Origin: Eledone cirrhosa
Taxonomy: Eukaryota
NCBI GenBank assembly: GCA_964016885.1
Contig: OZ024740.1
Location: 332,878,001 to 332,942,000, forward strand
Length of the DNA: 64,000 nt
Reading direction: 5' to 3'
Position numbers and translations under genes: made by a program. Shown one piece after another: positions 20,199 through 34,185 of the stretch. The notes under the pieces are model-generated. The model was not told the origin of the DNA, made no database searches, and saw only the letters and a program-made list of their open reading frames with translations. Each line of letters opens with the position of its first letter. Position 1 is the stretch's first letter.

Positions 20199-20933
20199 TT
20201 TACCCATCTGCCAGATAGTTGAACGTTCGAAAGTATATACTTTCCTTATGAAAATTAACGGCTGAGCAGCCTAATTTGCATATTGAGTGAGTTAAATCGG
20301 TCAGGCATACCGAAAACGATAAATTGAAACAAAATGAAAACGAAATTTCATTTCTCACTCTTAGTATGGCACTTACTTAAATGTAAGTATGCATGTATAC
20401 GTACATACATATATGTATACAGACGTACAGTAGCATGCACATATATATATATATATATACATATATATACATATGCATACAGGTACACATACATATATGC
20501 ACGTATCAGTTTAGCGGCGCTTATTATAACGTCGCTTTGAACAAAAAGGTGACGTGGTTGCCTTAACACCGCATGGCATAAATTCAGGCTGTTCAGTTTG
20601 TTTACAAACGAAGAAAGCGACGTTATAATAAGCGCCGCTAAACTGATACGTGCATATATGTATGTGTACCTGTATGCATATGTATATATATATCTATATA
20701 TATATATATATATATGTGCATGGTACTGTACGTCTGTATACATATATGTATGTACGTATACATGCATACTTACATTTATATATATATATATATATATATA
20801 GATAATTTAATATATCTACTAACATAAGCGCACAGATGTACGCCAATGCCAGCAAATACACAGGTTATGTCATAGTACCTAGGTGGTTCGATGCAGGAGA
20901 ATGCAGAACAATAATATAAAAGACGTAAAATAA

Positions 20934-20973
<40 letters not shown>

Positions 20974-20989
20974 TAAAATAACAGATTAA

Positions 20990-21040
20990 AGTTTAAGCAA
21001 AGAATCGCTGCTTTCACCCTTAACGGGATCTTCTGAAACT
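20990..21040 (-). ncRNA. Hammerhead-like motif, U4A variant (family A fragment)
   Basis: Reverse complement of 7434-7484, lying between (TA)n tracts. Confidence 0.62.
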
Positions 21041-21085
21041 AACAAAGTCGAGACCTCTTTGGATTTTAGTCTTCAAATTTATTAT

Positions 21086-21170
<85 letters not shown>

Positions 21171-21434
21171 CAAATGGAAGTATAGTAAAATCGAAGTTTC
21201 GGCTGTGGCCAAGCTGACGATATACAATTAAGAATGTGTAGCAAAGCACTCGATAAGGGTGTCACATTAGAGTAATAACATACGTTAGATAGCTTGACAA
21301 ATTGAAAACTGCGACAGGCGAGTCCAGCCACATGATACCAAAGCAACGAAAAAACCAATCAGGTCTTGATAAACAATGTATGTATGTATGTATGTATGTA
21401 TGTATGTATGTATGTATGTATGTATGTATGTATG

Positions 21435-21484
<50 letters not shown>

Positions 21485-21808
21485 GAATGATTATACATAT
21501 GTATATGTGTGTGTGTGTGTGTGTGTGATTTTAAACACCTTTCCATTGCAGACTTTATCATCCTTAACCTGATCATGTTAATACAGCCACTTAATGAAAA
21601 CCCTTTGTTTGCTTAGAATAAATGAACCTTGAATATTAGGAGTGCGTGCATTTGTATCATTCTGTATCATGTATTTTTCTCTAAATATAGTTTTTTCAAA
21701 GAATCCCCAAACTTTAAATCCATCAGCCAATACACTTCACCCATCCCACTCACCACCTTCCCCTACCAACAGAAAATGTATAAATCCCACCGTATTACAT
21801 TAACAGTC

Positions 21809-21940
21809 GGCATTCCTGGTTATTTCCTTCGAATGAAATAGTTCTAGTCCTGTAGAAGCCATTTCTATATTAAATGTTTATACTCTGCTATGTATTGAGT
21901 ACCTTATTTACTGTGGTTACCCCGGATTGAACTCGGGATA
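21809..21940 (+). repeat. HHR family F copy with degenerate core (CTGGTTA)
   Basis: GGCATTC-CTGGTTA-TTTC-CTTC-GAAT-GAAA-TAG...CTG-TA-GAAGCC, homologous to 41731-41897 and 22147-22194. Confidence 0.65.
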
Positions 21941-21980
21941 CACACACACACAAACGCACACGCACACAAACACGCACACG

Positions 21981-22072
<92 letters not shown>

Positions 22073-22146
22073 GAGAGAGAGAGACAGAGAGCAGATATGT
22101 CTTCTACGGGATTAGAACGTTTGTATTCGTATAAAATCACGAGAAC

Positions 22147-22194
22147 GCTCCTGATGATTTCAAAGGAATGAAACAGTTCATCTTCTGTACGAGT
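22147..22194 (+). ncRNA. Type I hammerhead (family F, divergent copy; element split by the Helitron)
   Basis: GCTC-CTGATGA-T-TTC-AAAG-GAA-T-GAAA-CAG-TTCATCTT-CTG-TA-CGAGT. Intact core, stem III ACAG/CTGT, imperfect stem I. Confidence 0.7.
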
Positions 22195-22211
22195 CCTTTC
22201 TATATATATAA

Positions 22212-25200
22212 ATAGCAGCTAATCCACTCGGGGTTACTCGAGGCCACTTTTTATTAAGTTAATAAGTTAAGAGGCGACGTGAAGAGAGTGCTTTGACAGA
22301 GAGCCGTTGGGTAGAATAGGGTTCAAATATGTTATTGCAGGGCTTATTTGTAGACAACGTTCCTGGTGTTGCCCGGGTTACCACAAATGAAGAGATTGTG
22401 TGGACTGCCGACGCGGGACCATCCGACGTATAGTTGACCATGGGAAAATACCTGCCGTGTTAGATTTAGGCCAACCACTTGCAGCGATTGTCCTTGTGCT
22501 TTGTTAATGCTCATTGCAAAGCAGAGTTTTATGGGAAACTGCCGTCGCGTAAATTCATAGGGGACGTCAGAGGGACTAAGGCTCATAGGGGTAATTAACC
22601 TGGTCACGCCAGCAGCGGGTCCGCTCAAGATGGCTGTGTGCAGAATTTGAGTCCTTATATTTTTGTGAATTTGGGTCCTTATTTTTCTGGTGACGCAGGC
22701 TCCATCGATTTCTCAAAACATCTCCTGGAAGTTGGTAATGGAACTAAACCTGGAGTGGATGAAGAGCATATCCGTTTGCCTTTTGGGAACTTTGTGTCAA
22801 ACATTGACGAATTAATGTCATCTGTATTTCCAGACCATGAATCACGATTCCGTGATCACACCTGGCTGAAAGGGAGGGTTATTTTGGCACCACACAATGC
22901 CACTGTTGACGTGATGAACCAAAAACTACCCGATCAGATTCCCGGAAATGAAGTCTCCTTCAAGTCGATTGATATCAATAAAAACGCGGACGACGCCGTC
23001 ATCTACCCCATTGAATTCCTCAACAGTCAACTACATCCAGGACTTCCTCCTCATGATCTGAAACTGAAGGTTGTTGTGCCAGGTATGCTACTATGGTCTG
23101 GAAATACAGATGACATTAATTCGTCAATGTTTGACACAAAGTTCCCAAAAGGCAAACGGGTATGCTCGTCATCCACTCCAGGTGTAGTTCCATTACCAAC
23201 TTCCAGTAGATGTTTTGAGAAATCGATGGAGCCTGCGTCACCATGCACATGCACTCTCATGTTGGTAGTCAGATGTAGTTTGTGGACATACTGCCATACG
23301 TAAGACGACTTGATGCCTGCGTTCACTTCGTCAGCTCTAGTGCCTCTAGTGGTAACAGCAAGAGTCTGTCGGAAATCGCCAGCCAGCAGTACTGTCGCTC
23401 CACCCATGACGCGTGAGTTCCGATGCAAATCCTTGAGAGTTCGATCCAGAGCCTCAAACTTGCATTGTCCTTGTGACTCACGGTAGCCTCGTCCCATATG
23501 ATCAGGAAGCACTCAGAAAGATGTGCTTTAGGATCGCCACGATATATTCTTCATGTAGGATTCTCCTTTGCAATGTTCAAAGACAATTTGAATGCGGAGT
23601 GTGCTGTACGACAGCTATGTAACAGTGGCGCCGCAATACCACCGGAGGAGACAGCTAAAGCAATCCGCTTGTCTTTTCGTAGCTTCGCAAGCAAAAGATT
23701 GATGAGAAAAGTTTTTCCTGTTCCGCCAGGAGCATCCAGGAAAAATAGCCGTCCCTCATTTGAATTGACACTGGAGAGAATTCTGTCATATGCCCGTCTC
23801 TGGTCATGCAAAAGTCTGGGTTCGTCCTGAGCTACCTGATGTGTCATATCGTCAATGTTGTAATTTAACTCACACATGAACTCCACATCTAAAGCACTGT
23901 GAGTGTTTCGAGGTTGTGGCAAACCGATATCAGATACACCGCCAACTCCAAGAGCTTTAAGACGGTTGTCCATGTCAATGAGGGCCTTATTGTACACCGT
24001 GTCATTGAAAGCAAAGCCAGCCGCTGGATCTTCTGCTCGTAGTATACGGAGGATGTCCTCTGACATGTTGTCTTTATGGGTTTCCCAAAGCTTAAGGGGC
24101 TCACCTATGCCGCAGAACAATAGCATTATGCAAAACAGACGTCTCTTTTCTCGAGGCATCTTACATTCAGCAGCCTCTGTCAACGCTACGTTCAGGTGGG
24201 CATCATCATCGAGTAGCCCGCGCTTCACGCACGCGTCCCTGTAACTGGAACAAATGTGGCCATCGAAAAGTCTTAGGTCGGAAAATGACTTAGACCCTTT
24301 GATTTGATGCAGCAACATTCGCAGGAATAAGCATTCTTGTTGCTTCGAATGAACATTGTACACGCCTCCGATGGCATTACATCTGAAGACACCTGCTCAA
24401 TCCTCAATCCTTTCCCCTTGTCGCCGCCGATGCGATTTTTTGTTCGACCAAGTGAAGTAGGTAGGTACATCGACGTAAAAAAGGGTAACTGCAAACGTAT
24501 CGACAGCACATAGCTTAAAAAATGCTGTAGCGTCGTCTCAGGTGGCTGTTCGGCAGCAGCCGATGCGGTTTCCTCAGTGAAATAAACGCGTTGACCATTC
24601 TCTAAGTGAACATCCAACTTAACAACTGCTGGAGAGCACCGGTGAATTTCAAGCCCCAAAATGCGCCAAGCCGTCATATTGAACGAAATGTATCTTACCA
24701 TCAAGAAATTAGTAATTTCGTCTTTTGATTCTACGCCATCACTGAGGCCAAACACCGCAATGTCGCTGCCTTTGTTGATGTATTTGCAGATGTATTTAAT
24801 GCTTTTAACAGATGAGCAGGACTCCACATTGATGTGAGCATTAAAAATGTTAGCAAGCAGAGGACTGTAAGGCACCGCCCAGCCGTTGTCAATGTCGTAT
24901 TCTTTCCCTTTCTTCTTAATCCTAGGCGAAAGGCCGTCAAAATCGGGAGCACGTCGCCGGTTGATGGGGTAGCCGTCAACCCCAGTGCAAATTTCCCTGG
25001 TGAAGGCTCTGGGGTAGTGTTTGGTGCACTTGTTCCCCTGCATGCATGAATTTTGGCTGTTAAGGGCACCATAGGGTCCATGTATCATATTAGCCAGCAC
25101 AATGTTGTAAAGCTGCAAATCAATTTGGGGATCGGGCAACTCTGCACATATAACGCGATTAATGTCCGTAGGTCTGATTCGTTCTTTGCACCAAATAAGA

Positions 25201-25730
25201 ATATGTGCGTGCGGAAGACCCCGCTTCTGCCATTCCACAATATACATCCAAGCATTGAGTTGTCTGTAGATGGCCTTATCTTTTAGCAAGCACATTAGTT
25301 TCTTCAACTTTCCGTGGAAGACTCTGGCTCTAATATCATGCCTGTCACTCGTCACCTGGCCCGCGAATAAATTCTCCTTAATCTCGACTCAATTAGGATT
25401 ACATGTGAAGGTAATAAAAATATCTGGCCGCCCAAACTTACGGACATACACCATGGAATCCTGTGTCCGTTTATGCATGTACCGGGGTGAGCCAGTAAAG
25501 CTTGAAGGAAGGATGAATAAAAAGTTGCATTAAAAAAGGAAGGCTTTGAATGTAAAATGCTAAGCTAAAATTGAAAAATTAATGTCATTGTTTAGGTATA
25601 ATGAATTGAAAATGCTTCATTAAGAGATGGATATAAAAGTATTTTAGGTTAAATAGTATGGGGAGGTGTGTAGGATACATACATACATGCATACATACAC
25701 ACACGACGCTCAGCTTTATATAAGTATTGT

Positions 25731-25773
<43 letters not shown>

Positions 25774-26277
25774 ATGCGAGCGACGACAGATCAAAGATAT
25801 ATAACACGTTACTGAAAGTTAACTAAAGTTTGATGGTCCCCCTCTCTCTCACCTTCTCACTCTCGCTCTCTCTCTTTCCCTCTCTCTCTCTCTCTCTCTA
25901 TGAATATCTAACACTTTAATTGTAGATACCTCTGTCTAACGGCCTATCTCTCTCTGCAGTGTTGTCATATAGGGAGTGAAGAGCGACAGAGAGAGTAAAG
26001 CAGTTAAATTATAGAGAGGGGGAAGGATCTATTATAGAGAGAGGGAAGAGCGACGGAGAGAGTAAAGCTAAGAAACTATAGAGAGGTAAAGTCAATAGAA
26101 AAAGACTGATGTTTGGCCCTAGAGACCACATTTTTCAATTTACAGAACCCCACGTAGACCTGTCGCTTCCTTGGCACCTTTTACATTAATGTGAAATGTT
26201 CATTACAATCAGAGCATTGGTACTACCCTGTTGCCTGTATCAGACAATTTTCGCCCATTTCACATTTATATAATAGA
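22212..26277 (-). mobile_element. Helitron (Rep HUH plus PIF1-like helicase), degenerate, with an internal inversion
   Basis: Minus strand: LPSSFTGSPRYM..FITFTCNP, VEWQKRGLPHAHILIW, KYICKYINKG, LDAPGGTGKTF, LLAGDFRQTL, RRQFPIKLCFAMSINKAQGQSL. Putative 5' A^TCTATTATATAA at 26277, and a 3' hairpin plus CTAT near 22212-22245. Confidence 0.92.
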
Positions 26278-26359
26278 TAAAGATGTATATATTCTACCAA
26301 GGTATTGCGTACCTATTTTGAATGTAGTTATCCCCCAACACAACTCTGGAATCTGCATA

Positions 26360-26545
26360 TAGTAATAATAAAAAATGTGAAGACTAAAATCCGAAGAGGG
26401 CTCGATAAGGATTATATATATATAAATACATATAAAAACCGTAAAGCAAATATTTGTTAAAATAACAGATAGATTCTAAGCAAAGAAGATCACGTTAAGG
26501 GTGAAAGCAGCGATTCTTTGCTGAAAGTTTAATCTCGCTTTAATA
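26360..26545. repeat. Family A fragments in inverted orientation, joined inside the hammerhead
   Basis: The minus copy ends at AGCAAAGAA (stem III) and the plus copy starts at AGAAGATCACGTTAAGGGTGAAAGCAGCG near 26484. Confidence 0.75.
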
Positions 26546-26571
26546 TATATATATTTATTATATATATATTA

Positions 26572-26808
26572 AGAGGAGACTGAGGTTAGCTGGACATGCT
26601 CACCGACATCCAGAGTTGACATTGCACTCAGTACTCCTTTGGGAGCCCCTACATGGACACACTAGAAGAGGAAGACCAAGGTTAACGTATGTTGATGCCC
26701 TTAGGACAGACACTGGTCTGTTGGAGATGCAGGACATGGCAGCGATAATGAGGGACAGAGACCGCTGGAGAGAACTCGTAAATGGATCTCGGGAATTTTA
26801 CCCGCCTT

Positions 26809-26810
<2 letters not shown>
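26572..26810 (+). mobile_element. 3' end of an RTE-type LINE, ending at (TA)n
   Basis: LLWEPLHGHTRRGRPRLTYVDALRTDTG..MRDRDRWRELV, same family as 11983-12250. Confidence 0.8.
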
Positions 26811-26888
<78 letters not shown>

Positions 26889-26999
26889 ATGTGTGTGTGT
26901 AATGTGGAAAGTAATATATGTAAGAAGGTTGACACAATGCAAAGTGGACAGTAACCCTAACATTTTCATGCAATGAAAATGTTATGGTTAGGGTTAGGG

Positions 27000-28500
27000 T
27001 TCTGCCTGCCTGACCTTCGATTCCTAAGACGATTTACTCTGGATGATGGGTATCCGTTTCTCTTTAGTACACCAATGAAGTGTAAGGTTTGAGTTGCCTG
27101 TTCCTCTGTCATGCTGCATTCATTCTATGTATTCGTGCTAAGCACGGGGTGTCTACTGGCGGCTTTCCAGGAGTAGTTGGGTATATATTGCATTCTTCTG
27201 TTATTCTAAGCTGGAACTCCAGTAAGGAGAAGAGACCATTTCGTTAGGGGGAATCTTATGTTTGAGAACGTCGTAGATGTTATGCCGGCCTTTTTAGCGG
27301 ATGATATAAGGTTAATATATCATCTATATATCGAGTGAATAAGACGAAGGAGCGGCAGGGTCTCTGCGCTCGACGTTCAAGTTAATTCATATAGGTGATG
27401 CTCAAAAAGCCTGAAAGACTGGGTCCTATCGGTAGGTCTGTTGTTTATTTATATGTGTAGTGGTGGAATGTGCAGTATGTATTTTCTACGATGACGGATA
27501 AAAGTTGATGCATGTGTTGCGGTGTGAAGTCGATGTAGTATATGTTTTATGAATTGATACTATCAATCACTAGGTTGACCGATATGTGAGTGGGCACTGT
27601 CGTGTAGAGGAGGACAATGTCGAAGATAAAGGATGTTGTATGTGTCCCGAGAGATGATGCAGAACTCTTTCTCTTTACCAGAAAGGAAGTATATGTGGTC
27701 CTTCTCTCGCATATTGTTTAGGAATTGTGAGATTCATTGGTGAGATTAGAGAGTATCTACTTATGCTACTGTAATATGCTAAAAATAGACAGATTAATTC
27801 TGGAGAGTTTGAGGTCAGTCTCTCGGTTGAAAGGCGATTCGGCGAGTGAGTGATCTGTTCCAGATAGTTCCAGATTCTGTTCGCTCTAGTATGTTAGTTT
27901 TGTATTTTATATCGAAATTTAAGTTTAGATCCATTTGTTCACTATAAATGTTAAGGTCACAGGTGATCAACACAGATATAAATGCATAAAACAGAGGTAA
28001 AAAAGATAAAAGAAGAAAATGATGGGGGAGGTCAAAAAACAAAAACGACCGTCAATTCACCTCCATATGCGACAGTCGTTCGCACACCACAATAGTTTAA
28101 ATGAAGCTGTTGTTAAATAGACAGATATTTACATATTATAGATAATGAACACAACCACAGAAATATGGTTCGTATGTGGAGGAGCTGAACTCCCACTGTC
28201 ATCACCATTTGGAGCCGGGGGTTCGGGGGTTATAATTAGATTTTACAGGAGTTGGTAATGTAAATGTTGTATGATTTTCTTGATGCAGAATTTGTGTAAG
28301 TAGTCAAGTGACTGCTTGAGGCTTGTTAAGTAAAAGCAATGGGAATTAGGTTGATTTTGAGGCAACGTTTGAGAAAGTTAATTCGGCAGCTTACTTTGGC
28401 AGGTTTCTCTGATAGTTGGAACAGTTCCTTAGTAGTTGAAAGCGGAGCCTTTCTCAGGCATAAGTACAAACAAAATGTGATAGATTGCTAGAAGCATTGT
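27000..28500 (-). pseudogene. Heavily decayed Penelope-like RT
   Basis: Hand translation of the minus strand gives IFDIVLLYTTVP (about 27592-27628) and FTRYIDDI (about 27315-27345), in the correct order. Confidence 0.7.
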
Positions 28501-30519
28501 GTGAAATATATAATGTGGAAAATGATAGAAAAATGTTAACACAATGCAAAATTGACGGTAAGATGAATGAACGCAACAAAATTGTTAGTTACATGGTAAT
28601 TGTTTTTCTTTGTTGGTGGTGGCGGCGGGGAGTTCGTCCTAATATTTCGGTGCATTAAATTCCCGACAGCAGAATATAACGATCTTTCAGAGCAAAACGT
28701 TCCCGTCTATTCGCTTTGAATTTAAAAGTTACAAACCGATGTCAAGCGTTGTTTGACTTTCGTATTATCCAGAAGCTAAAGGATGGCATCAATTTCCGTA
28801 TATAACATCTCATAAAAGCACATTTCTTCTGTATATTGTCTTGAGGTTGCGTGTGTCTGTGCATTTGGGTGTCATTTTATATCAACTGTTATTTACTGAG
28901 TTCAATTCCGTTACTAAGTTGCGGGTTCAAGAGAACGGTGCCCAAGGGGCGGTATTTGGATGCATTGGAAGACGGTGTTGATACCAAGGTGACGGGTACA
29001 ATTAGGGATCTCTCTCTCTCTCACCCTCTGTCTCTGTCTCTCTGTCTGTATATATATTAGAATAATAAAGTAGAAGAATTCACTAATATTTTAGCAAGAA
29101 GTTGTAAGCGCATTGCGTTATTCACGTCAAAACATGAAGGCATCAAAGTCCTGAGTGTAATCCACAGGGTTATGATACTGATAGATGAAGACGATGAAAG
29201 CCAAGGAGATTAGATAATCAATTCAGAACGAATACGAAGGTAGTTATTCAATTACAATAATTTATTTTACATTCGTTTTCAAACGGATAGATGTATTATC
29301 AGTCAATTGAATTAATTAATCAGTCAATCAATTAATTATTTATATGGCACAAAAACATCTCCACTCATATCTTCAGGAAATATAGATCAATAAATTGAGT
29401 TTCTTAGTCCAGTTAAGATAATACATAGGCAAGCATTGAACGAGTGAAAGAAAACTTGAGAGAAATAAGAGGTGAGTTGCGTATTTATAGAAGGGCGCGT
29501 TAGTTTGAGCATGCCGGGGGGGGGGGGGGGGGCAATACTGTGTTATAAGTCAAATGTTTTATTTTCTAACACTCATCATTTAGTAGCACTATTCCATTTT
29601 CATATATCACATTTGTCATTAGAAGAAGAAAATAGCTCTATCTTAAGAGAAATGACACACACGTATACTTACGTATTTTTGTATCTCTTTGAAATATGTG
29701 TCAAACAATCTCAATCTCCTACTCATCTTTCCTGTTCTTATCAAATTGCTTTCACTCATCAAAACGACTATTAAAGTTTTGCATAATGAACATGCATTTC
29801 TACGTATATACTATTTGTTTGATCACTTTTTCTACATTTTTATCCTCAGAGCGTCCTCGGGCGTATCGTAAACATTTCTTTATTTATATCCAACGCAGAA
29901 ATATGAGAAGAGTATCAAAGGCATATATATCCGTTCCATATAGTGTTATTGATTTTCACATATACAGACCGAATCTCCATCTATAGATACTTCAAACAAT
30001 GACATCTCTTAGGGAAACAAGATAGGAATATAAGATTAATTATGTTTTATTTTTTATGTTTAGTCTCTTCACGTAATATTATCATGTAGAAAACTGTAGA
30101 GCCTTAGACATCGGATTCAAGTTTTTTCGCTTACTACTATTTGCGGTGTGTCATTAACAACAGCCAGTATAATTTCCTACGTCTTACCATTATAGGTCAA
30201 TAAAATAAGTGCAGCTGTGTATAAAAGTCAAAGCAATCGACAATATCCACACTCCATAGTTGTATGAATCAATATTACACAGAAAAAATGTTTTTGGCCC
30301 CGTGCCTTGTGCAGAAATGCATATATTCAGAAAAAAGGTCGTGATTGATAGAAAATGCAAGCCTCAAAACAAAGGCTTCACATAACTTCCTCGCCATCCG
30401 TTACATTCGGGTTTCAAATACACACTGTGTCATTTAGAAGTTTATCTTCTTCTTCGCCCACTTATTCTTGGGAGGATAGTGGTTGTAGAGTCCTTAGGTA
30501 CTCATTCCAGCGGATTCTG

Positions 30520-30760
30520 TCAGACCTGTCACTCTCCGACAGGCTCGCCGTCGTGCCTTCGGCAGTGGAGCCTTCTGATGTCCTTGGCCCTAGTGCTACC
30601 TCCCTACTCACCACCATAGGCGCTGAGCTGGCCAGCCGCAGGTGTGAGCCTTTTGAGTTTGAATGGCTCTACCAGAGCATCTCCCTTGCCATCCTCCGGG
30701 GAAACGCCTTCTCCATTCTGTCCGCCGGGGCTGTGGGGAGGCCAGCACGTGGGACCCCAT
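30520..30760 (+). mobile_element. C-terminal fragment of an RLE-type (CRE-like) non-LTR retrotransposon
   Basis: VVPSAVEPSDVLGPSA..LL..IG.....E..WLYQSISLAILRGNAFSIL resembles the CRE-clade endonuclease C-terminus. GC-rich island. Confidence 0.75.
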
Positions 30761-31779
30761 TTGCTCATCATACGGAGATATGGGGCGGGCGAGAGAGATG
30801 GAGGCGGTGTCAGTGGGAGTTCGATATGGACCATATCCTTGTGATTGTGTTCATTAAGCAGTTAATGAGACTGTTTAAGCAACTGTCTACAATTGTTTCG
30901 GCTGGATAATTTTAATGTAATATACTAGAATCTAAATCACATTAACACAATTACTACTGCAGATATGATCGCATTTCGTGTTAAAAAAGAAATGAATTTT
31001 TATGATATTAGAATCTAAAATTTGGGTAGCTCACCGTACATAAATACATAAAATAATATTGATAACTCAATATGATCTTTATAATCATTAAAAAAGGTGC
31101 GAAGCGAGGTAACCTTTCGAAATAGAAACATTTCGGTTTCCACTCACATTCATGAAAAAATATTAATAGAATAAATTATAAATATTTTTATTCGAGCTAA
31201 CCATGAGTACTTATTGATGTTCAAACTCTGTAGTAAGCAACTTTGGTAGATTTTCACAATTGATTGGCAACTACTTCTAGTTTTCCAGAATTGAGCACAG
31301 AATCAAAGAGTTTACGTGACTTATGATTTCTTACATTACTACAATGTGGAAATGCTTATGTCGTCTCAAGTGATGAAACATATGAAGTTGCTTAATGTAT
31401 TATGGGAAAGGAAAGGTTTAGCTTGCAATCTAACGATGGTCGTATTTTTGAAGTCGAGTTATATAGAAAATACTGAGTATAGTTTTGATAAAAAGAGATA
31501 AAATAGGTTTATGGTATTTCTGCTCGACTACCACAAATATGTTTTTATGTGACTCGAGCAACGAGCATTGTCATGATGTTTATAAGAAACCATGTATGAA
31601 TTACTTTATATTGTTTTTAACCACAGAGAGTTTTGGAATGTGAAGCACATTTGAACTAGACAACAAGATTTGTGTTAGAGTATGTGTTTACAAATAGTGT
31701 TTCGATCCAAATGTGTAGACAAATGTGTGTGTAGGCATATATAGATAGCCTGCAATAATATATGCCCGATTATGTAGAC

Positions 31780-32450
31780 ATCTCTTTCGTGTGCAAGACC
31801 CGAGACACAAACCTCACTCCACACCGAAAGCAATGAGTAATGGAGTGATACATAGAGCAATTAGGCTAGAAATTGCCATCGTTATAAATTCAATGACAAT
31901 CACGACGAGAAGAAGCCGATACTTCAGTAGCCTGTGATTGTCATATTAGTGGACAACAAAACAGGTCAGTGAATGCACCATTTTGCCCATGGTGTACGTG
32001 ACGCTATATTTTGCATCCCAAATGAGGGATCTGCCACAGTGGAAATGCTTGTCATGGCATCTGGCCTTTAATAGCTTCCTATGTTCAAAATTACTAGCCC
32101 CAGCTGTGAAAAAATACCAGTGCTGTACACGCCTTGTCTAATTGTCTTGTTGTTAGCGGTATGACAATGTTTGATAACCAAAATTATCCACCGCGGGACT
32201 ACATCAGTATTTTTGTTGCTTGCAGATACGGTGGTTGAAACTCAGGGAAAAACCGATGTGGAGACAATTACATACCAGTTAACGAAGCTATTGAACCAGC
32301 TACTCCTACGGGGCTGGGAGTTAGATTGGAAACATACTAGAAGGTGTTCGTAAATCATGTGCACTGGGCCGTCACATGGTTTGTGGTATTCAAATGTGCC
32401 CAATTTGAGATGGAGCGTTGACCTCCACAAATTAGAGTGCTGATTCACCG
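31780..32450 (-). pseudogene. Possible very decayed Gypsy integrase region
   Basis: Fragmentary minus-strand similarity only (AKI-RHV-like, LLVVI..RW-like). No intact ORF. Confidence 0.35.
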
Positions 32451-32604
32451 TTCATCGAGAGAAAATGTACATAATAGCAATTACTATAATTTAGTGTCCT
32501 CATTGATAGCAAACGAAAATATTTCCATAATACAGAATTTATTAAATAAATACTAATCCCCAAAGGTGATTACAGAAATCCATACACTTACAAGCAATTA
32601 ATTT

Positions 32605-33199
<595 letters not shown>

Positions 33200-33201
<2 letters not shown>

Positions 33202-33990
33202 AAATGGAATAGAATGAAACAAAATTTCATTTTTCACACTTAGTACGGCACTTACTTAAATGAAAGTATGTATGTATGTATACGTACATACATATATGTA
33301 TACAGACGTACAGTAGTATGTATATATATATACATACATGCACACATATATATATGCACGTATCGGTTTACCGAACATTTATTATAATGCTCGGTGTATT
33401 TGTTTGTAAACAAACAAACAGCCCGAATTACGCCGTACAGTGTTTAGCCAACCACGTCACCCTTTTGTTCAACACTGACACAGGAACGATGTACTAGTTT
33501 CAAGCAATACATACATGCATACTTACATTTAAGTAAGTGTGGTACTAAGAGTGAGAAAGAAAATTTCGTTTCATTCTATTCCATTTATCGCTTTCGGTGT
33601 GCCCGGCCGACTGAACTCACTCGATATGCAAATTAGGCTGTTCAGCCGTTAATATGCATAAGGAAAGTATATACTTTCAGACGTTCAACCATCTGGCAGG
33701 AAGGTATACGATGCTGACGATAGCTAATAAGCTTGAAACTAGTACATCGTTCCTGTGTCAGTGTTGAACAAAAAGGTGACGTGGTTGCCTAAACACTGTA
33801 CGGCGTAATTCGGGCTGTTTGTTTGTTTACAAACAAACAAACCGAGCATTATAATAAATGTTCGGTAAACCGATACGTGCATATATATATGTGTGCATGT
33901 ATGTATATACATACTACTGTACGACTGTATACATATATGTATGTACGTATATATATACATAATACTGTACGTCTGTATACATATATATAT
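33200..33990. mobile_element. Divergent subfamily of family E: truncated copy plus inverted near-full unit
   Basis: Homologous to 19371-19846. The first copy stops at ...GTACTAGTTTCAAGC (33505) and the inverted unit follows. Confidence 0.85.
33709..33749 (+). ncRNA. Minimal type I hammerhead (family E subfamily)
   Basis: CGATG-CTGACGA-T-AGCT-AATA-AGCT-T-GAAA-CTAG-TA-CATCG. Differs from the 20158 copy only at the free position N7 and in loop II. Confidence 0.9.
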
Positions 33991-34142
33991 ATATAAGGTT
34001 TAAAATACTGGAGCGTGTTGGAGTTAAACACCCTCTTCGTATTATAGAAATGACAGTAAAAGGTATAGCTCAATGTAGTTAAACAGAGCCGAAAAATTAA
34101 GAGAGTAAAACAAAGAAGCCTTCAATACATCAAAAGTCTTTA

Positions 34143-34185
34143 TTAGCCGACAATGTTTCGTCCTATTAAGGACTCAGCAGGGCAA
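34143..34185 (-). ncRNA. Minimal type I hammerhead in the PLE 3 pLTR (A6C substitution)
   Basis: Minus: GCC-CTGCTGA-GTCCT-TAAT-AGGAC-GAAA-CATTG-TC-GGC. Confidence 0.8.

Larger units (their letters stand above)
19371..20776 (-). mobile_element. Non-coding HHR family E (retrozyme-like): about 2.5 tandem units of 474-476 bp plus an inverted partial unit
   Basis: AAATTGAAACAAA unit starts at 19371, 19847 and 20321. About 20538-20776 is an inverted partial copy. One HHR per full unit. Confidence 0.88.

Noticed and set aside
19371-20540. Tandem repeats as a CRISPR array
   Set aside because: Units are about 475 bp and near-identical, with no unique spacers and no cas genes. The context is eukaryotic.
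21221-21255. CTGACGA-TATACA..TGTGTA-GCAAA as a hammerhead
   Set aside because: GAAA is not intact and I could not form a convincing stem I or stem III.
26985-27002. (TTAGGG)-like repeats as telomeric sequence or telomere-associated PLE priming
   Set aside because: Only 2-3 units, inside a local inverted repeat. Not distinguishable from chance.
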